A DNA stretch of 48,265 nucleotides. Source: Welwitschia mirabilis. Its lineage: Eukaryota. Position numbers and translations under genes: made by a program. Positions 39,064-48,265 of this stretch are shown piece after piece. The first letter of the stretch is position 1. Each line of letters starts with the position of its first letter. A model generated the notes under the pieces. The model was not told the origin of the DNA and did no database searches. It saw only the letters and a list, made by a program, of their open reading frames with translations. The stretch spans positions 39,170,526 to 39,218,790 of the forward strand of contig JBOZIK010000001.1 of NCBI GenBank assembly GCA_051453625.1. Reading direction: 5' to 3'.

Positions 39064-40105
39064 CTAATCAAATTCCTCCTCCTTCTCTTCTTCTTCTTCT
39101 TCAAATTCTTCCTCTAAATCTTCTTTGTCTTCTCTTGTGCATGCTAATCTAGTGGCCTCTACTAAAGTATCAATAATATTATACTCAACTACTATNNNNN
39201 NNNNNTGTGTCTAGTACAATAATAAATCCATCTCAGATATGAAAGAGTCTCATCAGGAGAGCATTTCTTTGGAGAGGATAACTTTAAGGGTTTCTTGGAA
39301 GGGGTAAATATGTGCATATGGGATAAATTTGCACACCCAATGGGTGCCATATGCTATAGCATTTCAAGTTTTAAATAGAAGATTACACAAAAATGATAGC
39401 ACAAGTTTGTGATAAAAACAGAGTAGGGTAATGCACTAGTCCTGTGATACTTTAACTAAGAGATCATATTCTTTAGTATAATGATAGAAGCATTAATAGA
39501 ATGCTCTATCCCTACTACATATATCAAATAGGCTTTATAACTAGAGGCCTCACCACGATGTCCAGCTAAAGGTAAAAAATTATAAGTAAAAATTAAGTGA
39601 AGAAAGTGATGCTTTAATGTTAATAATGAAGTAGAGAGAGTGTGTCTCCAAGAGTGAACCTTATCATATATCTCCATGGTAATAGTAGGCTTGTCTTCCA
39701 TGTTGTCTTAAAGAGGCTAAAACTCTTCATAATCACCTCTAGAAAAATTGATTAAATTAGAAATGAGATTTGTGGTTACTCTTAATTGCTTCTCCAAAAT
39801 AAGGGTTTCAAGGGTTCCTGAATCATGATCATAAGAGGCACTACAGTAAAACATGTGAGTAAAAAATGGATAAGTGGAGCTAAAAACATCTATAAAATAA
39901 TTAAGATCTTGATTTCTAGGAGCTAAATGACATTCTTGATCTCTCTAAGCTCTGATATTGCCATAGACCATTCTTGACATATTAGCTTCTTCTCGAACTT
40001 CTCTATGAACTTGTCAATATCTTCTTCAGACATCCCATGGTAAAAAAGAGTAGGATATCTTGAAGGAGCTTTCTTAACTCTCCTCCTAGATGAGATTTCA
40101 CCCAT
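39064..40105 (-). pseudogene. Sirevirus env-like extra ORF (copy 1), disrupted
   Basis: ORFs 39923-40105 and 39456-39701 join into a frame of ~340 codons. Motifs: STYPFFTHMFY, HLIFTYNFLPLAGHRGE, LPYSVFITNL and an acidic tail. Located between pol and the PPT. Confidence 0.78.
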
Positions 40106-40559
40106 TTCTAAGAACCTAAAAGTAACAAATCTGAAAAAAAAACACTAGATCTGAGAGCAAAGATCTAGATCTAGAAGAAAAAGCTCTAGATCTGAGAGAT
40201 AGAGAAGGCTAGAACATAAGGAAATCAATTTAGGGACCTCTTTCTTTTATAGATAAGAATAAATAAGATAAAATGAAGAAAGAAATTGAGTCCACCAATG
40301 GTACTTTTGCACTCTGATCCATCAAGTCTGGTCGACCACTTGAGATTCCGGTCAACTTATCGAGATATGGGTTTATAATACAGGAAGGGGTTTAGACGAC
40401 TGGGCTTTTAAGCTAGTTGACCAACTACATCTAGTCAACTAAATTATAGATCTAGTTGACTGTTCTACAATTAGCTAAAGGATAGTAAGTAATTCCCCAG
40501 TTCATTTTTAAGATTAACAAGTAAATTTCAGAGATGGTGTGTTACTTCAGAGTTTTCTA

Positions 40560-40870
40560 GAAAACATCAGATTTATCAAAATTTAAGCTAATGTTTTCAT
40601 TTTCCATGTTGTAATCCATATAATTTAACTGATTAATCAAATAAGTATCTATTCTATAGATATTATCTACTCATTTTATAGTAAAAATAACATTTGATTT
40701 TACATCTATAACTTCACATTTTGATTTTCGAAAAATTACTTTATGACCTTTGTCACACAATTGACTAATGCTTAATAAGTTATGTTTCAACCCATTCAAA
40801 TAAAGTACATCATCAAGTCTAGGTAACTTACCTCTTTTAATGCATCTTGTACCTTCTATCTTTTCCTTTT
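40560..40870 (-). pseudogene. Sirevirus protease C-terminal remnant (copy 1)
   Basis: IEGTRCIKRGKLPRLDDVLYLNGLKHNLLSISQLCDKGHKVIF matches the copia motif V..V.GLKHNLLSISQLCD.G..V.F. Confidence 0.9.
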
Positions 40871-41060
40871 NNNNNNNNNNNNNNNNNNNNNNNNNNNNNN
40901 NNNNNNNNNNNNNNNNNNNNNNNNNNNNNNNNNNNNNNNNNNNNNNNNNNNNNNNNNNNNNNNNNNNNNNATTTAACAACAAATAATTAATTCTCCCCCT
41001 TTTGATATCAATGACAACAGAGATAACAAAAACATATAAGCAAAACATAATTTAAAGCTA

Positions 41061-42101
41061 CTAATCAGATTCCTCCTCATCTTCTTCTTCTTCTTTAGAT
41101 TCTTCTTCTAAGTCTTCTTCATATTTTCTTATACATGCTAAGCTGGTGTTCTCTACTAAACTATTAGTAATATTATACTCAACTACTATGAGTGCTTCCT
41201 TCATGTGTTTAGTACAATAATAAATCCATCTCAGATATGAAAGACTCTCATCAGGAGAGGATTTCTTTAGAGAGAATAACTGTAAGGACTTCTTAAAAGG
41301 GATAAATATATGCATATGGGATAAATTTGCACACCCAATGGGTGCCATAGGCTAGAGAATTTCAAGTTTTAGATAGAAGATTACACAAAAATGATGACAC
41401 AAGTTTGTGATAAGCATAGAGTAGGGTAATGCCCTAGTCCTATGATACTCCAACTGAGAGATCATATTCTTTAGTATAATGATAGAATCATTAATATAAT
41501 GCTCTGTCCTACCAAATATATTAGATAAGCTTTATAGCTAGAGGCCTCATCACAATGTCCAGCTAAAAATAAGAAATTATAAGTAAAAATCAAGTGAAGA
41601 AAGTAGTGCTTTGATGTTAATAATGAAGTAGAGAGAGTGTGTCTCCAAAAGTGAATCTTATCACAAATCTCCCTGGTAATAGTAGTTATGTCTTCCATGG
41701 TATCTTAAAGAGGCTAGAGCTCTTCATAGTCACCTCTGAAAAGATCGATTAGAGCAGAATTGAGATTTATGGTTACTCTCAACTGCTTATCCAAAATAAG
41801 AATTTCAAGGGTTCCTGAATCATGATCATAAGAGGCATTACAGTAAAACATGTGAGTAAAAAATGGATAAGTAAAGCTAAAAACATCTAGAAAATAATTA
41901 AGATCTTGATTTCTAGGAGCTAAATGACATCCCTGAGCTCTCTAAGCTCTGAAGTTGCCAAAGACCATTCTTGACACACTAGCTTCTTCTTGAACTTCTC
42001 TGTGAACTTGTCAATATCTTCTTTAGACATCCATGATAGAAAAGAGTAGGATCTTTTGAAGGATCTTTTTTAACTGTCATACTGGATGAGATTTCAACCA
42101 T
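41061..42101 (-). pseudogene. Sirevirus env-like extra ORF (copy 2), disrupted
   Basis: Duplicate of 39064-40105. Includes ORFs 41471-41698 and 41061-41348, ending EEDLEEESKEEEEDEEESD*. Confidence 0.78.
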
Positions 42102-42559
42102 TTTTAAGAATCTAAAAGTAAGAAATCTGAAAAAAAGACACTAGATCTAAAAGCAAAGTTCTAGATCTAGAAGAAAAAGCTCTAGATCTGAGAGATAAAG
42201 AAGACTAAAACATAAGGAAATCAATTTAGAGATCTCTTTATTTTATAGATAAGGAGAAATAAGGCAAAATGAAGAAAGAAATCGAGTCCATCAATGGTAC
42301 TTTTACACTATGATCTATTAGATTCGGTCGACCACTCGATATTCCGTTGACTCATCGAGATACGAGTTTATAATATAGGAAGGGGTCTAGGCAAATGGGC
42401 TTTTAAGCTAGTCGATTGGCTACATCTAGTCAACTAAATTATAGATCCAATTGACTATCCTACAATTAGCTAGAGGATAGTAAGTAAACCACCAGTTCAT
42501 TTTTGTAATTAACAAGTAAATTCCAGAGACGAGGTGTTACTTTAGATTTTTCTAGAAAA

Positions 42560-42975
42560 CATTCAAATTTATCAAAATTTAAGCTAATGTTTCCATTTTT
42601 CATGTTGTAATCCATATAATTTAACTAATTAATCAAACAAGTATCTATTCTATAAATATTATCTACTTGTTTTATAGTAAAAACAACATTTAATTTTATA
42701 TCTATAACTTCACACTTTGATTTTTAAAAAATTACTTTGTGATCTTTGTCACATAATTGACTAATGCTCAATAAGTTATGTTTCAGCACATTCAAATAAA
42801 GTACATCATCAATTTTAGGTAACTTACCTCTTTTGATGCATTCTGTACCTTCTATTTTTTTCTTTTCATTGTTTTAAAAAATAACATCTTCTCCATCAAT
42901 ACTCCTTAGGTGTTGAAAATTTGATTTTTCTCTAGTCATATGCCTTGAGCATCCATTGTCTAGGTATCAAATATT
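42560..42975 (-). pseudogene. Sirevirus aspartic protease remnant (copy 2)
   Basis: *YLDNGCSRHMT at 42934-42969 (copia WYLDSGCSRHMT), followed by LKHNLLSISQLCDK and DNIYRID. Confidence 0.92.
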
Positions 42976-44631
42976 TGTACTTGATCATTTGAGAGCTATC
43001 TATGTTAGAAAACTTGATATTGTTAGCTCTTACCCACTTATTCTTATTAGACTTAGGTGATATACTTCTTTTAGAAATAAATTTAAATGGTAAAGAATTT
43101 ATAGAATTTGAGAAAAGCAATAATTGTCTAATCTTGTACAATAGCTTTGAATGATCAAATTTACCATAAAAGTTACATGAAATTTTAGAAGTATACTTAC
43201 ATTACCTCTTTATCTATTCTTGTGGATGTTGTAAACTAAAATTTATACTTGATCTATCTTTTATAGGTTTCCTCACTCTAAAAATCTATTCCAATTTAGA
43301 TGAACTAATTGAAAATTTATTTACAAAGAAGGATAGATATTTTACCTATGATAATAAATTGGTATTATTAGATTTTATCATATTGTACTTCATTTCTATT
43401 TCCTTCTTCTCTTTGATGAGAGTCTTTACTACTCTGTTCAGATCGTTCATCCTTTTAACTAGCTTTTCACATTCATCATATAGCTCCTAACATGTATCTT
43501 CTAACTTATCTTGTTCTTCATTTACCATGTCCAAGTCATCAGACTCTAACATGCTAGGTAAGTTTTTGAGGGAAGACATGATCACCATAAAAGATAATCT
43601 TCTATCTCTATCTGACTCTTTATTTGAACAGTTTTCATCATCATCATCATCATCATCATTATCTCATGTGATAATAAAAAATGAATTCTTTGTTTTCCTA
43701 TTATCTCTTCTTGTGCTGTGACACTCATTTGCCATATGATCAAATCCTTTGCATGAATAGCATTGAATTTTTTTATCTTTTTCTTGCTTCTTTCTATGTT
43801 TTAAATAACTCCTTTTGAGTTTTTACTTGATTTTCATTCTTTTTTCTTTCTATGTAGAAACTTCCTAAATCTTCTGGCTGGAGAGCCACTTCATCATTAT
43901 CCAAGTTCTCATCTGACCTGTTATATCTGTAGTTTTTCTACACACATTTTAAAGCAATACATTTCTTCTTATCTTTAACAAATTTAAGTTCATAGGTTTG
44001 CAAATTACCTTGTAGTTCTTCTAGTGCTATTACATTTATGTTTTTGCTCTCCTCCATGGTTGTAACCTTTAGTTTAAGTCTCTTAGGTAAAAATCTCAAG
44101 ACCTTCCTTACCATCTTTCCTTTATCCAATCATTCTCTAAGGCTTACCATCAAGTTTACGATATTAGTGAGTCTAGTAAAGAATTCTTGCAAGATCTCCT
44201 CTTTATCTATATGGATGTCTTCAAATTTTAAAATAACCATTTGAATTTTTACTTACTTTATAGTTGAGGTTCATTTATGTGCTACTTCAAAAATGTCCCA
44301 AGCTTCTTTAGCATGATTACAGTTCGCTATACACTTAAAATCATCTGCACAAACTACACAAAATATGGCATTAAGAGCAAAGACATCTATTATGGCTTTT
44401 GACTTGTCAGTAAAGGTCCATTGATCTTAGGCTTTAGGAACTAAGATAGTATTATTGTTGACATCCATTTGAGTTGATATAGGCACAAAATGACCTTTAT
44501 AAATAACTTCTTCTATATCGGCATCCAAAGATCTAATAAATATTCTCATTTTGGCTTTTCTAGTAAGTATAGTTTAACTCATCAAACATGGATGGATGAC
44601 CCATGGAAAAACCATAAGATGGATTATTCAT
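42976..44631 (-). pseudogene. gag: Sirevirus gag remnant
   Basis: ATG at 44631 (MNNPSYGFSMGHPSMFDELNY), AKEAWDIFEVAH, VRKVLRFLPKR...KVTTMEESK...LEELQGNLQTYE. A CCHC knuckle CYSCKGFDHMANEC lies at 43721-43762, and a second degenerate knuckle at ~43135-43180. Confidence 0.93.
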
Positions 44632-44682
44632 TGTAGGGTTCTAAAGTCTAGATTAGTTAAAATTTAAATAAGACTTAACCTA

Positions 44683-44694
44683 GCTCTGATACCA
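44683..44694 (-). promoter_or_regulatory. tRNA-iMet primer-binding site
   Basis: The minus strand reads TGGTATCAGAGC, 2 nt after the LTR end CA (44697). Confidence 0.95.
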
Positions 44695-44696
44695 AT

Positions 44697-46257
44697 TGAT
44701 AGGATTAAGAACCCTAGAGGGGGATGAATAGGTTCTTAAAAATTTAAATAAAGTATTCTAAAATGAATCAAAAATATATCAAAAACTTGCATAAAATAAT
44801 TCATTAATTTAAAAAATATATGAAAATAAAATCTAAAATAAGTAAAGAAAAAAACTAAGTGAAAGCACAAAATACCAAATAGATGCNNNNNNNNNNNNNN
44901 NNNNNNNNNNNNNNNNNNNNNNNNNNNNNNNNNNNNNNNNNNNNNNNNNNNNNNNNNNNNNNNNNNNNNNACTCTATTAGGTATTCTAAGTTTACCTATA
45001 ACCTTTACAAATAGACTTTTCTAGGCTTAGTATTAATCTTTGAATGGATTTTTCAGGGCTTAGTCTCAACCTTTGAACAGACTTTTTAAGGCTTAGTCTT
45101 AGCCTTTCACAATGTAGAAGAGTGATGTAATGATGTCAATATGCACAAATATTACTTGTTCTTGATACAGTAGATTTGATGGAGCTCTTTTCCTAGAGAT
45201 GTATAACAAATGAAGCACTAGATCTAACCTTGAATGTAGATGTAATATAGACAATAGATTTCTTGGTCAGGAGTCTAAATGCCAAGACTCAACAGTGAAT
45301 ATCACAAGATTTTAATACTAGTTCCTCAGATCTAAAAGATTAAAAAAATTAAAAAGGTTCTAAAAGATTATTTAGTCATCTGTCTCTTGGCTATTTATAT
45401 TAGAAGGATTTTAGGGTTTATTACTTTTGAAAATGCGCTTTCAATGGCTATAAACGGCTATAAAATGGCTATCTAATGGATACAAAATGGATAGAAATTT
45501 GAGTTATATCCTATTTGATGGCNNNNNNNNNNNNNNNNNNNNNNTAGTTAGTTTCATTTGGTACCATGATTTACACAAGTCACCCAAGTGAAATTTTTGG
45601 TCACCTCATATTCTTACAGCTTCATGTCCAGTTGACCTCATCTGGGTCTGGTTGATCTAGTCCATCCACCCACTATTAAATCTAGTCGCTTACTTGTCCT
45701 GATAAAGATCTTTCCAATTTCTAACATCAAGCCTAATTAATCCCTTCAGGTATCTAGTCAACCTTATGATGATTGCTTNNNNNNNNNNNNNNNNNNNNNN
45801 NNNNNNNNNNNNNNNNNNNNNNNNNNNNNNNNNNNNNNNNNNNNNNNNNNNNNNNNNNNNNNNNNNNNNNNNNNNNNNNNNNNNNNNNNNNNNNNNNNNN
45901 NNNNNNNNNNNNNNNNNNNNNNNNNNNNNNNNNNNNNNNNNNNNNNNNNNNNNNNNNNNNNNNNNNNNNNNNNNNNNNNNNNNNNNNNNNNNNNNNNNNN
46001 NNNNNNNNNNNNNNNNNNNNNNNNNNNNNNNNNNNNNNNNNNNNNNNNNNNNNNNNNNNNNNNNNNNNNNNNNNNNNNNNNNNNNNNNNNNNNNNNNNNN
46101 NNNNNNNNNNNNNNNNNNNNNNNNNNNNNNNNNNNNNNNNNNNNNNNNNNNNNNNNNNNNNNNNNNNNNNNNNNNNNNNNNNNAACATCTTCTGCACAAG
46201 AAACATAAAATTTGCTACATAAAAATCATTATTTTAACATCAAAACATATTCTAACA
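44697..46257 (-). repeat. 5' LTR of the Sirevirus
   Basis: TGTTAGA...TATCA termini. Homologous to 35228-36802 and partly gapped. Confidence 0.92.
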
Positions 46258-46963
46258 AATGTATGATATTAAATAAATCAGAGCCATTCAAGATATTAAT
46301 ACCTTAAAAATTTGTATTCTAAAACTATAATTTATATATTTATAGTTATTTTTAAGTTAAATTTGATGTTTTCATGTAGTATCAACCATAAGAAATAAAA
46401 TTGATTCAATTTACTTTTTGAAAATTAAGGTAGTTAATTTTTCAAACTACCTATGGTGCTGATAAAGTGCTTTTTAAGAGTTAAGGTAGTTAATTTTTCC
46501 ACTATCTATGGTGCTGTAGTGCAATTTTCATGATTAAATTGATGTTTACTCAATAGTTTTGCCTAGTCAAATATGAATCACACATGAAGATACAATGGTT
46601 TTAGCAACTCCTTCACTAAAAATTAATCCAAATGCATGTATAAAGATTCTCCTCAATATCCAAACTCAAAGGATAATATTACTCTATCATTTTTATGTCA
46701 TTTTGATTTGATGAAATTAATTCTTAACCATTGAAAAAATATTTTCTACATCTCTCTCACATTTCATTACTTTGAAGTTGATCTTCTCTCTATATTAACT
46801 TTAGAAGTATTATAATGTGTATTATGAAATTGTTTACATTCTTAATCAAATCCTATCAATNNNNNNNNNNNNNNNNNNNNNNNNNNNNNNNNNNNNNNNN
46901 NNNNNNNNNNNNNNNNNNNNNNNNNNNNNNNNNNNNNNNNNNNNNNNNNNNNNNNNNNNNNNN

Positions 46964-47987
46964 AAAGTATTTTTGTGTTTTTCTTTTTAGATTAAAAATA
47001 AAAAGTATAATGTAAGAAAACAATAAAAAGTAAATATTATAATGTAATATAAATGAAATCTATTCTAAATGTAATATCTATCCAACTACCAAACCTTTTT
47101 GTTATAAATATTAGCCTTGCATGAACTAGATTAATTAAGGAAACTATTAATATCTCTAATCAACCTAAGCTATTAATTACATTGAATAGAATATAGAAAA
47201 CATGCAATGATTAGTCTATAAAATTTAAGATGCAAGGCAATGAAAATCCTAAACTAATGATTACAACCATAATAAAGGTTATCCTTGATGATCTATATCA
47301 ACTATAAAGCTATCACAAAATCATAACCAATACAAATAATAAGGGAGATATGCATTAATAAAACTAAAGAAACTTTTCATTACTATTGAACCAACATCCT
47401 ACTATAAAGTAATAGCACCTTAATGAAGAAGACATAGCCTAATACCAAGAAAGACCCCTCTCTACAAAAATGGATGAACCTCATACCCTTTAATATCTTG
47501 TCAAAAGATTTTCAAGTACCAAAGGAGATAAAAATTAGAGCAAGGGTGAAGGAGATAAAAATTATAAGTTTGGTAAATTTTAGTGCATTAGCTAAAATTA
47601 CATGTCAATCTAAATGTCATTCAAATGATGGTTGGGATGATGTTATTTAAGACAAGTTCCATATCAGCTTCCATCTTCAGTTCAATCAACATCCTTATCA
47701 ATGTATAAGTGGTGTCATTTGTACTATTGTCTAAATGATAAAATGAAAAATAGTCTTTTTAAAGGTCTTTTATCAAGTTAAATTGACCTTCTAGATCATT
47801 AATTTCTCCTCAAAATTTGAAGTATTAAAAATCATTCAAAATGCTTTCAAATGTGCTAGTGATTACATATTTCCATGATTTTCTCCTTGATTCTCAATCA
47901 TCATCAAAATACACTTAAACCTATTTAAATGTTTTGTAAAACTAATTGAAATACTCCATTAAAAACATAAAATTTGACATTGCAACA
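46964..47987 (-). repeat. Element E: Athila-like LTR (3' end undefined)
   Basis: Starts TGTTGCAATGTCAAATTT on the minus strand after a PPT. Internal blocks such as AATAAAGGTTATCCTTGATGATCTATATCA are homologous to the A/B LTRs. Confidence 0.78.
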
Positions 47988-48002
47988 TAACCCCCCACTT
48001 AA
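47988..48002 (-). promoter_or_regulatory. Polypurine tract of element E
   Basis: The minus strand reads TAAGTGGGGGGTTA|TG, preceded by the family motif TCAGGGACT.ACAAGG. Confidence 0.8.
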
Positions 48003-48265
48003 CCTTGTGAGTCCCTGACAAAGTAGATGAATAATTATAATTGTGAGCTAAATTAACTAAGATAAACATTAACTAGGGATATGTAAATCAAGTTTAGAAA
48101 TTTCATTATGTAAGATTACATCTTAGAATCAAATGAACCAAATGTTTTACCTTGGTAGATATTGTGATGATGTTGTTATCCAGTATGCCATCCAAATAAT
48201 TATGGCGATAATAAACTTTTAGAAATCTGACTGTAAAAGCAAATTCTTACAAGTATGCTCATCAA

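Larger units (their letters stand above)
35228..46257 (-). mobile_element. Element S: Sirevirus (SIRE/Maximus)-like Ty1/copia element with gag-PR and env-like ORF, lacking INT/RT/RH
   Basis: Two ~1.57-kb LTRs end with an ATTCACCCCCC..TAGGG...TCA-type motif. tRNA-iMet PBS, multiple PPTs, copia gag and protease are present. TSD is GATGT (35223-35227) / AATGT (46258-46262). Confidence 0.92.

Noticed and set aside
39064..42101. A tandem pair of host genes, or a true viral envelope gene
   Set aside because: Both copies are disrupted, lie inside the Sirevirus and straddle a 100-N gap. 'Env-like' is a positional label, with no evidence here of envelope function.
43636..43660. (TCA)n microsatellite
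   Set aside because: It is a short acidic (Asp) codon run within the minus-strand gag and is unremarkable.

Overview
AT-rich, CpG-depleted plant-type DNA from a gappy scaffold. It consists almost entirely of decayed, nested LTR retrotransposons. No intact host gene, RNA gene or CRISPR array is supported. Reconstructed layout: (A) a plus-strand Athila-like Ty3/gypsy element at 2290-24600, with a pseudogenised gag-PR-RT-RH-INT; (B) a related minus-strand Athila-like element at 5543-15045, inserted in A's gag with a 5-bp TSD and showing no RT/RH/INT; (C) a plus-strand Athila 3' end plus LTR at ~29240-31566; (D) a minus-strand Athila gag-protease remnant at ~34200-35227, interrupted by (S) a minus-strand Sirevirus-like Ty1/copia element at 35228-46257, which has LTRs, PBS, multiple PPTs, gag, protease and an env-like ORF but no INT/RT/RH; (E) another minus-strand Athila LTR and PPT at the right end. 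Many assembly gaps are flanked by diverged direct duplicates, probably two haplotypes or homoeologs scaffolded in tandem. The most notable observation is the recurring loss of pol, clearest in the Sirevirus. All identities are by-eye estimates and no database search was run.
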